Assembly (NCBI GenBank): GCA_034520625.1
Contig: JAXHNI010000009.1
Coordinates: 481,494-545,493 of the forward strand
Source: Gammaproteobacteria bacterium
GTDB taxonomy: Bacteria; Pseudomonadota; Gammaproteobacteria; Arenicellales; JAANXG01
Direction: 5' to 3'
Length of the DNA stretch: 64,000 nt
Positions 1-8,614 of this stretch are shown piece by piece (the first letter of the stretch is position 1; every line of letters begins with the position of its first letter). Made by a program: the position numbers and the translations under genes. The notes beneath the pieces were generated by a model that saw only the letters and a program-made list of their open reading frames with translations, made no database searches and was not told the origin of the DNA.

Positions 1-1
1 C

Positions 2-118
2 CGGGCGGCGCGAGTGGCGCTGCTGGCGTCGCGAACCAATGTTGTGCTTTCGCTGCCGATGCTATGGTTTATGATCACGGGTTCTTCGGCGCACCATGCG
101 ATGGTTTACGGGGGGTGA
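2..118 (+). CDS. 3' end of an unidentified membrane-protein gene (partial, enters from window start)
   Basis: The frame is open from the window edge (...RTNVVLSLPMLWFMITGSSAHHAMVYGG*) with stop TGA at 116-118. The stop is embedded in inverted repeat GGGGGTGAC (111-119) / GTCACCCCC (141-149). Confidence 0.3.
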   Translation, partial: RAARVALLASRTNVVLSLPMLWFMITGSSAHHAMVYGG

Positions 119-264
119 CGGTACAGGCGGGTTCCGGTAAGTCACCCCCAGCCCCCAATGCTGTCCCGGGGACTTCCGGCCGAACGTGCTGAGTACAAAA
201 CATTCGGAACAGCGTCCTCGACGTTTTACGAAACATGCGCCCGCAGCGGGCGTTTTCTGCTTTT

Positions 265-1449
265 ATGGCTAACGAAACGAGTCATTTGATGTCCACTTAC
301 AGCCGGCTCCCCGTCACGTTCAGCCGGGGCGAGGGTGCAACCCTGTGGGACACCGGGGGCCGGGCTTATCTGGATGGGCTGGGCGGCATCGCCGTGGCGA
401 TCCTGGGCCACAGCCACCCTGAAGTGGCGGAGGTGATCGCCGGGCAGGCGCGGACCCTGATTCACACGTCGAATCTCTATCGCGTCGAGGAACAGGAAAA
501 GCTGGGCGATAGGCTGTGCGGCATCGCCGGGATGGACCAGGCCTTCTTCGGCAATTCCGGTGCGGAGGCGAACGAGGCCGCCATTAAGCTGGCGCGCCGC
601 TTCGGGCATGGCAAGGGGATCGCATCGCCGTCCATTATCGTTGCCGACGGCGCGTTCCACGGCCGCACCATGGCGACTCTCACGGCCACGGGCAACCGCA
701 GAGTCCAGGCGGGTTTCGAACCGCTTGTGCCCGGGTTTCGCCGCGTGCCGTTCAACGATCTCGAAGCCGTTCGGCAGGTGGCGCAGCACGATCCGGACGT
801 GGTGGCGGTTCTGGTGGAGCCAATCCAGGGCGAGGGCGGTATCCGGGTGCCTTCACCGGAGTATCTGCCGGGGCTCCGGGATATCTGCCGGAACCATGAT
901 TGGCTGCTGATGCTCGACGAGATCCAGACCGGCATGGGCCGGACCGGAGAATGGTTCGCCTGCCGGCACCAGGACGTGCGCCCGGATGTTCTCACCGTTG
1001 CCAAGGCGCTGGGCAACGGAATACCCATCGGCGCCTGCCTGGCAAGCGGGCAGGCGGCGGGGGTGCTGTCTCCGGGAACGCACGGCTCTACCTTCGGCGG
1101 CAATCCCTTCGCATGCCGCGTCGGCCTGGCCGTAATCGACATTCTGGACAGAACCGGCTCCCTGGAGAACGCCCGGCGGCAGGGGGCGCGCATTCTCGCC
1201 GGTCTCGACGCGGGCCTCGGCGACCATCCCGGGATCCGCTCCATGCGGGGCCAGGGGCTGATGCTCGGGATCGAGATGACCACGCCGTGCGGTGACATCG
1301 TGAGCCTGGCACTGGAAGAAGGGCTGCTGGTGAATGTGACCGCCGGCAACGTCATCCGGCTGCTGCCGCCGCTGATCTACCACGACGAGGATTCGGATCG
1401 GCTGGTGGAGCTGCTGGTCAGAACCATCAAACGGTTTTCGAGATCGTGA
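265..1449 (+). CDS. argD: acetylornithine aminotransferase (class III PLP aminotransferase)
   Basis: Track ORF 235..1449. It carries motifs GNSGAEANE, DEIQTGMGRTG and the TVAKALGNG PLP-lysine context, and it is followed by argF. The ATG at 265 (MANETSHL) is preferred over the codon at 235. Confidence 0.9.
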   Translation: MANETSHLMSTYSRLPVTFSRGEGATLWDTGGRAYLDGLGGIAVAILGHSHPEVAEVIAGQARTLIHTSNLYRVEEQEKLGDRLCGIAGMDQAFFGNSGAEANEAAIKLARRFGHGKGIASPSIIVADGAFHGRTMATLTATGNRRVQAGFEPLVPGFRRVPFNDLEAVRQVAQHDPDVVAVLVEPIQGEGGIRVPSPEYLPGLRDICRNHDWLLMLDEIQTGMGRTGEWFACRHQDVRPDVLTVAKALGNGIPIGACLASGQAAGVLSPGTHGSTFGGNPFACRVGLAVIDILDRTGSLENARRQGARILAGLDAGLGDHPGIRSMRGQGLMLGIEMTTPCGDIVSLALEEGLLVNVTAGNVIRLLPPLIYHDEDSDRLVELLVRTIKRFSRS

Positions 1450-2351
1450 GCACGCGGCATTTCCTGACGCTGCGGGATTTGCAGCCCACGGAGCTCGAGG
1501 CCCTGATTCAACGGGCGATTGAGTTGAAGTCCGGGTCCGGACCGGTGCGGAACAACGATCTCCTTCGCAACCGGGCTCTGGCGATGATCTTTGACAAGTC
1601 CTCGACGCGGACCCGGTTGTCGTTCGAAGCCGCCATGACCCATTTCGGCGGCAATGCTGTATATCTGGCGCCGGGCACCACACAGCTCGGCCGGGGTGAG
1701 CTGGTGGAAGATACCGCGCGGGTCATGTCACGGATTGTGGACGCCGTTGTCATACGGACCGACAGCCACCGGATGGTGGAGACCTTCGCGGCCTACAGCC
1801 GCGTGCCGGTGATCAACGGCCTGACCGACGACTTTCATCCCTGCCAGCTGCTCGCCGACGTCCAGACCTGGGTGGAGCATCGGGGTCCCGTCCGGGGGCG
1901 GCGGGCCGCCTGGATCGGCGACGGCAACAACATGTGCAATTCCTGGATCAATGCGGCCTGGTCGTTCGGTTTCGAGCTTCGGATCGCCACCCCCGGTGGC
2001 TACCGGCCGGATGCGGAAGTCATGGCGAAGGCCGGGGATTGCGTGTCCTGGACCGAGGACCCCCGACAGGCGGTGGATGGGGCGGATGTGGTTGCCACCG
2101 ACACCTGGGCCAGCATGGGCCAGGAAGACGAAAAGGAGGGCCGCGTGCGCGCCTTCGAGGGCTACCAGGTGGACCGGCGGATCATGGAGCGCGCCGCCCC
2201 CGACGCACTTTTCATGCACTGCCTGCCGGCATACCGCGGCTATGAGGTGAGCGAGGAGGTGCTGGAGGGTGGCCAGAGCGTGGTCTGGGACCAGTCGGAA
2301 AACCGGCTGCACGCCCAGAAGGCGCTGCTGGAATTCCTGATGACTTCGTAA
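1446..2351 (+). CDS. argF: ornithine carbamoyltransferase
   Basis: It has STRTR (carbamoyl-phosphate site), HPCQ and HCLP motifs. The GTG start overlaps the argD stop (GTGA). Confidence 0.92.
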   Translation: MSTRHFLTLRDLQPTELEALIQRAIELKSGSGPVRNNDLLRNRALAMIFDKSSTRTRLSFEAAMTHFGGNAVYLAPGTTQLGRGELVEDTARVMSRIVDAVVIRTDSHRMVETFAAYSRVPVINGLTDDFHPCQLLADVQTWVEHRGPVRGRRAAWIGDGNNMCNSWINAAWSFGFELRIATPGGYRPDAEVMAKAGDCVSWTEDPRQAVDGADVVATDTWASMGQEDEKEGRVRAFEGYQVDRRIMERAAPDALFMHCLPAYRGYEVSEEVLEGGQSVVWDQSENRLHAQKALLEFLMTS

Positions 2352-2378
2352 TCGGGGCGGCTTGATGCCGTCCGCGCC

Positions 2379-3434
2379 ATGACCATGAACCACTTGCTGG
2401 AAGTTGAAAATATCTCCTGCAGCTACGGGCGGCAGCGGGTGGTTCAGAACCTGACGTTCGCGGTCACCGAAGGATTTATTGCCTGTCTCCTGGGGCCGAG
2501 CGGCTGCGGCAAGACGACGGTGCTGCGGGCCATCGCCGGGTTTCATCCCGTCGACACCGGGGAGATCCGCGTCGACGGGCAGCGAATTTCCACCGTGGGC
2601 TATCAACTGGCGCCGGAGCGGCGGCAGATCGGCATGGTGTTCCAGGACCACGCCCTTTTCCCGCACCTCACCGTGGGGGAGAACGTTCGCTTCGGCCTGC
2701 GCGGCGTCGCCCACGCCGGCGAGCTCGCCGAGCAGATGCTGGACCGGGTGGGGCTAGGCGGTATGGGCCGGCGCTACCCGCACGAGCTTTCCGGCGGGCA
2801 GCAGCAGCGAGTCGCTCTGGCCCGCGCCCTGGCGCCGACGCCCCGGCTGCTGCTCATGGACGAGCCGTTCTCAAACCTCGATCTGGATACCCGGGAGAAG
2901 CTCAGCTACGAGGTCCGGGACATACTCAAGGACTACGGCACCACGGGGATACTGGTGACCCATGATCAACACGACGCCTTCGCGCTCTGCGACCGCGTGG
3001 GAGTGATGACTGCAGGCGCCCTGGTTCAGTGGGACACACCCTACAATCTCTACCACGAGCCGGCTTCGCGTTTCGTCGCCGACTTCATCGGTGACGGGGT
3101 GTTTCTCCCCGGCACCCTGGTGGCGCCAGACACGGTGGAAACCGGGCTCGGGGTGGTTCGCGGCAACCGGGCGTACACCTGGCCGGCGGGGTCCCCGATC
3201 GAGGTGCTGATCCGGCCGGATGACGTGATTCCCGGGGAGAACGGCGACCTGCAGGCGGTGGTGGAACGCAAGGCCTTCAAGGGCGCGGAGATCCTGTATA
3301 CCCTGGACCTGGATGATGGCACGCGGTTATTGTCCCTGTTTCCAAGCCACGCCGACCACGCCGTGGGCGAGCGCGTGAACATTCGATTGAAAGCCGATCA
3401 TCTCGTGGCGTTTCAGCGCAATGAGCGAGCTTAG
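2379..3434 (+). CDS. ABC transporter ATP-binding protein (FbpC/PotA-like with a C-terminal TOBE-like domain); no cognate permease or binding protein nearby
   Basis: Walker A is GPSGCGKTT, the signature is LSGGQQQR and Walker B is LLLMDEP. Its length of about 350 aa is typical of the Fe3+/polyamine importer ATPases. Confidence 0.85.
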   Translation: MTMNHLLEVENISCSYGRQRVVQNLTFAVTEGFIACLLGPSGCGKTTVLRAIAGFHPVDTGEIRVDGQRISTVGYQLAPERRQIGMVFQDHALFPHLTVGENVRFGLRGVAHAGELAEQMLDRVGLGGMGRRYPHELSGGQQQRVALARALAPTPRLLLMDEPFSNLDLDTREKLSYEVRDILKDYGTTGILVTHDQHDAFALCDRVGVMTAGALVQWDTPYNLYHEPASRFVADFIGDGVFLPGTLVAPDTVETGLGVVRGNRAYTWPAGSPIEVLIRPDDVIPGENGDLQAVVERKAFKGAEILYTLDLDDGTRLLSLFPSHADHAVGERVNIRLKADHLVAFQRNERA

Positions 3435-4110
3435 GACGGCCGGGATCGCCGGCGGCATCCTGTTGTTATGCCTGGTCCTGGCCCCCGCCGGTAGCGCTCG
3501 GGCGCAGGACGGCGCGCCGGAAGCGGCGAGTAAGCCGCCCGCCTTCGCAGATGCACTCGCCGCCGGGCGCCGGGCCAAGGGTGACAGGAACCTCGCGCTC
3601 GCCGAAACCCACTTCCAGAAGGCCCTGGCGGAGGCCGAGCACGGCGGCGAGATCTACGATGCCGCCCTGGAGGAACTGACCTACCACCTCCCCATGATGC
3701 GCGTGGAACGCTACGTGCTCGCGGGGCAGTGGCACCGAGCCGAGCAGTCCCTCCAGGACCTGCTGGAGAAGCACCAGTCCGACGAGGAAAGGAGCCGGCA
3801 TCTGGTAGGCCTGATCGCAAAAGTTCGCGACCGGAACCCCGGCCAGGGCGGCGTCTATACGAGCCGCGGCGCGGGCCGCACGGTGATCGAGCAGATCGAG
3901 CGGCGGCTGGAGCGTTACCTGGAGGATCACGGCCGCTACCCTGAGAGTTACGAGGAGCTCAACGCGATCCTGCCCGCCGGACGCCATCCGCTGGAGGACT
4001 ACGATATCGTTCACTACGTCGGCCGCGGCCGCGCCTACGGCCTGACGCTGCGCAGCAGGGTCGATCCCGACAATCTGCATCGGATCCAGCGAACGGGCCT
4101 GCTGCGGTAG
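3421..4110 (+). CDS. hypothetical secreted protein (signal peptide, helical N-terminal part, pseudopilin-G-like C-terminal segment)
   Basis: The ATG overlaps the ABC ATPase gene by 14 nt. The signal peptide is MSELRTAGIAGGILLLCLVLAPAGSARA/QD. The C-terminal segment LERYLEDHGRYPESYEELNAILP resembles the GspG-type motif. No family was recognised with certainty. Confidence 0.6.
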   Translation: MSELRTAGIAGGILLLCLVLAPAGSARAQDGAPEAASKPPAFADALAAGRRAKGDRNLALAETHFQKALAEAEHGGEIYDAALEELTYHLPMMRVERYVLAGQWHRAEQSLQDLLEKHQSDEERSRHLVGLIAKVRDRNPGQGGVYTSRGAGRTVIEQIERRLERYLEDHGRYPESYEELNAILPAGRHPLEDYDIVHYVGRGRAYGLTLRSRVDPDNLHRIQRTGLLR

Positions 4111-4217
4111 GAACGACCGTTTGGAGGGTTATTCGGACCGTCCGTCGGGTTCAAGCTGGGACACGCGGCCCCGGAGACTGTATCGTCAGGTTCCGGCTAC
4201 CTGTAACCTTGAAGGCC

Positions 4218-4667
4218 ATGATCCCGAATCTCTACAAGACGATCGCCTCCGCAATCCGCAACAAGCGGCGCATCGTTATCCGCTACAGCGGGCGTGCCCG
4301 TTCCCGGGTGGTGGAGCCGCATGCCCTGTTCAAGTCCGAGGATGGGGAGGTCACCTTGCTGGGATATCAGGTGCGCGGCTATCACTCCTCCAAGCGCAAC
4401 GGCAGTTTCTGGCGCCCGTTCCAGTTGAAGAAGATCGACAATATTCATGTCAGCCAGGAGCTCTTCGAGCCGCGCCTCAGCCACGGTTATGCCGCGGTCG
4501 CCCGCAGCATCAAGGGCCAGGTGATGGCGGCCCTGGGCTGCGAGCAGGATGAGTACCGGTTTTTCGATGGTCGGGTCTACGGGCCGCCGGTGCCCGCCTA
4601 CCTGGCGCCCACTCCGACCCTGATGCTGCGTATGGCCCGTGAGGCCGGTGCCCAGGGCGGCGCCTGA
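4218..4667 (+). CDS. stand-alone WYL-domain-like protein
   Basis: Track ORF 4209..4667 starts at TTG; the ATG at 4218 is preferred. The pattern RIVIRYSGRARSRVVEPHALF...TLLGYQVRGY...FWRPFQLKKIDNIHVSQELFEPR fits the WYL-domain consensus. There is no HTH domain. Confidence 0.6.
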   Translation: MIPNLYKTIASAIRNKRRIVIRYSGRARSRVVEPHALFKSEDGEVTLLGYQVRGYHSSKRNGSFWRPFQLKKIDNIHVSQELFEPRLSHGYAAVARSIKGQVMAALGCEQDEYRFFDGRVYGPPVPAYLAPTPTLMLRMAREAGAQGGA

Positions 4668-4712
4668 TCCCGAACCGCCCGCCGGCTTCCGGTTGGCTGT
4701 ACGCCTGATATG

Positions 4713-4739
4713 AAAAAGGCCCCGATCAACGGGGCCTTT
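4713..4739. terminator. bidirectional intrinsic terminator between the WYL gene (+) and rpoH (-)
   Basis: The structure is AAAAA-GGCCCC-gatcaac-GGGGCC-TTT. A GC stem flanked by an A-run and a T-run works on both strands. Confidence 0.7.
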
Positions 4740-4803
4740 CTAATTCCTGCGGGACGATCCGGGGGGCGAGGATCCCCACCGACGGCGGTTTGACCTCTCC
4801 GGT

Positions 4804-5658
4804 TCAGGCGGCCAGGCGTTCCTTCATTTTTTCCATGGCGCGTTTTTCGATCTGGCGGATCCGCTCCGCCGACACCTTGTATTCCGCCGCCAGCTCGTGC
4901 AGCGTGGGTTTCTCATCCTCGTCCAGCCAGCGCCGCTGGACGATATCCCGGCTTCGCTCGTCGAGCGACTCTATGGCATCCCGGATGCGGTCGGACTGTT
5001 CCGCGGTGCTGTCCGCGTTGCCCGCCACCACTTCCGGGTTGTAGCGCATGTCCGGCAGATAGCCGGCCGGGTTGGCGATATTCTCGTCGTCATTGTCGGA
5101 GTCGGGGCCGTCGAACGACACGTCGTGTCCACTCAGCCGGGACTCCATTTCCCGAACGGTTTTCGCCGGCACGTCAAGATCCTCGGCGATGGTGTCGATC
5201 TCTTCGTCGTTCAGCCAGGCCAGCCGGCTCTTGGCCCGGCGCAGATTGAAGAACAGCTTGCGCTGCGCCTTTGTAGTAGCCACCTTCACGATGCGCCAGT
5301 TGCGTAGCACATAGTCGTAGATTTCCGCCCGGATCCAGTGCACGGCGAACGATACGAGCCGTACGCCGCGGTACGGGTCGAAGTTCTTCACCGCTTTCAT
5401 GAGGCCGATGTTGCCCTCCTGGATCAGGTCCGTCAGCGGCAGGCCGTAGCCGGTGAATCCGCGTGCCACCTTCACCACGTGCCGCAGATGCGAGACCACG
5501 AGCTGGCGGGCCGCTCCCAGGTCATCCTCATCGTGGTAGCGTACGGCCAGCTGGCGCTCTTCTTCCGCACTGAGCACGGGCGCCGCGTTGACCGCCTGCA
5601 TGTAGCCGGCCAGACCGCCCGCGGTCGGGCTCGTCACGGTGATCGGCAATGCGCTCAT
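4804..5658 (-). CDS. rpoH: RNA polymerase sigma-32 factor
   Basis: It carries the RpoH box QRKLFFNLR and sigma-70 family regions 2-4. The ATG at 5658 is preceded by GGAGA at good spacing and gives 284 aa. The track ORF extends to 5703, inside the CIRCE element. Confidence 0.93.
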   Translation of the reverse strand: MSALPITVTSPTAGGLAGYMQAVNAAPVLSAEEERQLAVRYHDEDDLGAARQLVVSHLRHVVKVARGFTGYGLPLTDLIQEGNIGLMKAVKNFDPYRGVRLVSFAVHWIRAEIYDYVLRNWRIVKVATTKAQRKLFFNLRRAKSRLAWLNDEEIDTIAEDLDVPAKTVREMESRLSGHDVSFDGPDSDNDDENIANPAGYLPDMRYNPEVVAGNADSTAEQSDRIRDAIESLDERSRDIVQRRWLDEDEKPTLHELAAEYKVSAERIRQIEKRAMEKMKERLAA

Positions 5659-5692
5659 AGGCTGTTTCTCCGGTAGATTCATGTTGCCAAGT

Positions 5693-5719
5693 TTAGCACT
5701 CATTAGGTTTGAGTGCTAA
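5693..5719. promoter_or_regulatory. CIRCE element (HrcA operator) in the rpoH leader/promoter
   Basis: The sequence is TTAGCACTC-attaggttt-GAGTGCTAA, a perfect match to the CIRCE consensus TTAGCACTC-N9-GAGTGCTAA. It lies 35-61 nt upstream of the rpoH ATG. Confidence 0.8.
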
Positions 5720-5752
5720 ATGATTCATAAGTTCCCTTTCTAATTCAATCGG

Positions 5753-6661
5753 TTAGCGTGGCTCAATGTCCTTGAGGTGACGGCCCACGCTCCACCGGGA
5801 GGCGCACCATCCGAGCCCGCTGCCCAGGCCGAGCAGAGCACCCGCCGTGGACCAGTCCAGGCCGAGCAGCCGGTAGCCGCTGCCGTATTCCCCCACCAGG
5901 CTCGAAATGGGCTCCCGCAGGGCCTCGATGCAGATCGTCACCATGAGCACCGCCGCGACCGCGCCCAGGGCGCCTTGGGCGAAGCCCTGGTAGAGAAACG
6001 GCCGCCGGATGAACCGATCGGTACCTCCAATCAGCTTGATCACCTCGATCTCGTGGGCCCGGCTCAGTATCGCCAGACGGACCGTGTTGCTGATGATGAC
6101 CACGACGGCAAAACCCAGCAGAACCGCCAGTACCCATACCAGCCGGTGTCCTATCTCCACCATGGCCGCCAGACGCCGCAGCCACAATACATCGGACCGG
6201 ACGGTTTCCACTTCCGGGAGGCCGGCGGCGCGCTCAATGAACGCCTCCACCGCCTCGATGTCGCGGCCGCCCCGGGAGAGCTGCACCACCAGCGTCCACG
6301 GCAGCGGATTGGCATCCAGTAGCTCCGAAGCCTGCGCGAATCCCGAATATTTCTTGAAGTCCGCCAGGCCCTGCTCCGGTGGCACCGCCTCGATGCTGTC
6401 GATGTCCCCGAGGGAATGCAGCCGTTCCTGGACCGCCGAGGGATCCTGAACGTCCCGGGAAAGGAACAGGTTGACCTGTGCCTGGCTCTCCCAGCTGCCG
6501 CTGAGCTGGTCGATGTTTTCGGTAATGACGTAAAGCAGGGCCGGCAGCGCCAGGGTAACGCCGATGGCCGCCACGGACATGATCGCCGCGCCGGGCGAAC
6601 GCAGCAGCTGCGCGATGCTGGACGCGAATACCTGGAAGTTGTGCTGGAAGTAGCTAAACAA
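5753..6661 (-). CDS. ftsX: cell division ABC transporter permease FtsX
   Basis: It has four TM segments, lies downstream of ftsE and has an FtsX-like N-terminus (LLRSPGAAIMSVAAIGVTLALPALL). The start is uncertain. TTG at 6661 overlaps the ftsE stop. The longer track ORF (to 6847) would overlap ftsE by about 190 nt. Confidence 0.85.
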   Translation of the reverse strand: MFSYFQHNFQVFASSIAQLLRSPGAAIMSVAAIGVTLALPALLYVITENIDQLSGSWESQAQVNLFLSRDVQDPSAVQERLHSLGDIDSIEAVPPEQGLADFKKYSGFAQASELLDANPLPWTLVVQLSRGGRDIEAVEAFIERAAGLPEVETVRSDVLWLRRLAAMVEIGHRLVWVLAVLLGFAVVVIISNTVRLAILSRAHEIEVIKLIGGTDRFIRRPFLYQGFAQGALGAVAAVLMVTICIEALREPISSLVGEYGSGYRLLGLDWSTAGALLGLGSGLGWCASRWSVGRHLKDIEPR

Positions 6662-7331
6662 GTTCCATGCCCGCCGGACGCTCCAGCAACCGGCCTTCCG
6701 CCAGGCACAGCGCCGGCTTGCGGAGCCGCTCGACGTGACGCAGCTCGTGGGTGGCGACCAGCACCGTCGTGCCCACCTGGTTGAACATGTGAAAAATGTC
6801 CATGATGTCGTCCGACATCGCGGCGTCGACGTTGCCCGTGGGCTCATCCGCCAGGAGTATTGCCGGTCGGTTGACGACCGCCCGGGCGATTCCCACCCGC
6901 TGCTGCTCTCCGCCGGACAGCGTCAACGGGTACATCGCTTCCTTGCCCAGCAGTCCGACCTTGTCCAGCGCCGCGCGCACCCGCCGCGGCACGTCCCTGG
7001 CATTGTAGCCGGCGACGACGAGCGGCAGGGCAACGTTCTCGAAAACCGTCCGGTCCTGGAGGAGCTTGTGGTCCTGGAACACCACGCCGATCCGGCGGCG
7101 GTACTCCGGCAACCTGCGTTTCGGCAGGCGCGTAAGGTTCAGGTCGTTGACCACCACCTGTCCACGGCTTGCCTTCTCGATCACGGCGACCAGCTTCAAC
7201 AGCGTACTCTTGCCGGCTCCGGAGCGGCCGGTGAGAAACGCCATCTCGCCGGCCGGCAGCCGGAAGCTGACCTGCTTCAGCGCGTCGTGCCCGCCGGCGT
7301 AGCGTTTGGAAACATCGTTGAATACGATCAT
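6654..7331 (-). CDS. ftsE: cell division ATP-binding protein FtsE
   Basis: Walker A is GRSGAGKST, the signature is LSGGEQQR and Walker B is ILLADEPTG. It shows ftsYEX synteny. Confidence 0.93.
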   Translation of the reverse strand: MIVFNDVSKRYAGGHDALKQVSFRLPAGEMAFLTGRSGAGKSTLLKLVAVIEKASRGQVVVNDLNLTRLPKRRLPEYRRRIGVVFQDHKLLQDRTVFENVALPLVVAGYNARDVPRRVRAALDKVGLLGKEAMYPLTLSGGEQQRVGIARAVVNRPAILLADEPTGNVDAAMSDDIMDIFHMFNQVGTTVLVATHELRHVERLRKPALCLAEGRLLERPAGMELV

Positions 7332-7353
7332 CGGACGATCCGGTGGACCGGCG

Positions 7354-7592
7354 CTAGTGCGCCCCTGCAGGTTGAGGCCCGCTTTGGGAACCCCTCATGT
7401 AGGGCCGGTGCCGGGGGCTGTCCCCCAGGGCTCTCGAAAACAGGGATGTTTGAGCGAGAGCGTACACGGATGTATTCACAGCGGCCCTGGGGGACAGCCC
7501 CCGGCACCGGCCCGGTCCCCGGCACCGGTTCTCAAAGCGGTGCGCTGCCCACGGGCCGCCAATGGTGGGGTACGAGTCGCGGGGCGCACTAG
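7354..7592. repeat. nested imperfect palindrome (REP/ERIC/MITE-like) filling the ftsY-ftsE intergenic gap
   Basis: The inner inverted repeat is a perfect 30 bp, 7402-7431 (GGGCCGGTGCCGGGGGCTGTCCCCCAGGGC) against 7484-7513. The middle repeat, 7379-7392 / 7527-7540, matches 13 of 14. The outer 12-bp repeat is CTAGTGCGCCCC at 7354-7365 / 7581-7592, and it includes the ftsY stop codon. The central loop holds a further hairpin, CTCTCG..AAACAgggaTGTTT..CGAGAG. Confidence 0.8.
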
Positions 7593-8515
7593 GCGGTGAC
7601 CTTGTCCGGAAGGATGGCATCCACGAACTGGGCCGCCTCGAAGGGACGCAGGTCCGCCACGCCCTCCCCGACCCCCAGGAAGCGCACGGGCAGGGCAAAC
7701 TCCTCGGCGATGGCGAACAGGATGCCGCCCTTGGCGGTGCCGTCCAGCTTGGTCAGGCAGACGCTGTTGACGCCCACCGCTTCGCGGAAGGCGCGCAACT
7801 GGGCGAGGGCATTCTGACCCGTTCCGGCATCCAGCACCTGCAGTACCTCGTGGGGCGCGCCGGCGTCGAGCCTCGACAGCACCCGCATGACTTTCTGAAG
7901 CTGGCTCATAAGCTCGCCCTGGGTGTGCTGCCGGCCCGCCGTATCGATCAGCAGGATGTCGGCGTCCCGCGCCCGGGCGGATTGGAACGCGTCGTGCGCC
8001 ACCGCGGCCGGGTCGCCGCCGTGCTGGTGCGCCACAACGGGAATGGAGAGCCGGCTGCCCCATTCCTGGAGCTGTTCGATGGCAGCCGCGCGGAACGTAT
8101 CGGCGGCGGCGAGCACCACCCGCTGGCCCTGCTCTTGAAACCGGTGTGCCATCTTGGCGATGGTGGTGGTCTTGCCGACCCCGTTTACCCCCACCACCGC
8201 GATGACGTATGGTTTGCCGCTCGGCTCGAAGAGCGCATCGCACGGCTCCAGGATGTGCAGCATCTCGTCGCGCAGCACCCCGGCGAGCCCCGTCGGCCCG
8301 CCGCGCTGGCGGTGGGCATCCCGCAGGCGCTGTACGAGTTTCTCCGCCGCCGCGACGCCGACATCGGCGAGAACTAATTGGTCCTCGATGTCGTCTAACT
8401 CGCTTTCGTCGAGGTCACCGCCGGAGAACAGACCGGCCAGGCCTCTGGCCAGGAAGTTCCGGGGTTTGGCCAGGCGCTCCCGCAGGGATGTTCTGGTACG
8501 TTTGTCTTTAAACAC
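7589..8515 (-). CDS. ftsY: signal recognition particle receptor FtsY (short form)
   Basis: It has an NG domain with motifs GVNGVGKTTT, DTAGR and TKLDG. Confidence 0.93.
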   Translation of the reverse strand: MFKDKRTRTSLRERLAKPRNFLARGLAGLFSGGDLDESELDDIEDQLVLADVGVAAAEKLVQRLRDAHRQRGGPTGLAGVLRDEMLHILEPCDALFEPSGKPYVIAVVGVNGVGKTTTIAKMAHRFQEQGQRVVLAAADTFRAAAIEQLQEWGSRLSIPVVAHQHGGDPAAVAHDAFQSARARDADILLIDTAGRQHTQGELMSQLQKVMRVLSRLDAGAPHEVLQVLDAGTGQNALAQLRAFREAVGVNSVCLTKLDGTAKGGILFAIAEEFALPVRFLGVGEGVADLRPFEAAQFVDAILPDKVTA

Positions 8516-8614
8516 CGTATTGTCCGGGCAGGATAAATTTGCAGGGCTATCGTATCATGGCCCGCTGAGGTTCCCTTTTTGATCACTGATCCAAACCAAT
8601 TGCGGAGACGTTGC

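Noticed and set aside
120-264. I looked for ARG boxes or ArgR operators upstream of argD, and likewise upstream of argH at 24960-25017.
   Set aside because: Only loose A/T-rich partial repeats are present (GTACAAAAC...GTTTTAC). Nothing approaches the E. coli ARG-box or the Pseudomonas ArgR consensus.
5704-5752. Possible alternative rpoH start at ATG 5703 or ATG 5682.
   Set aside because: ATG 5703 lies inside the CIRCE inverted repeat and neither candidate has an SD. ATG 5658 has GGAGA at proper spacing and yields the canonical 284-aa length.
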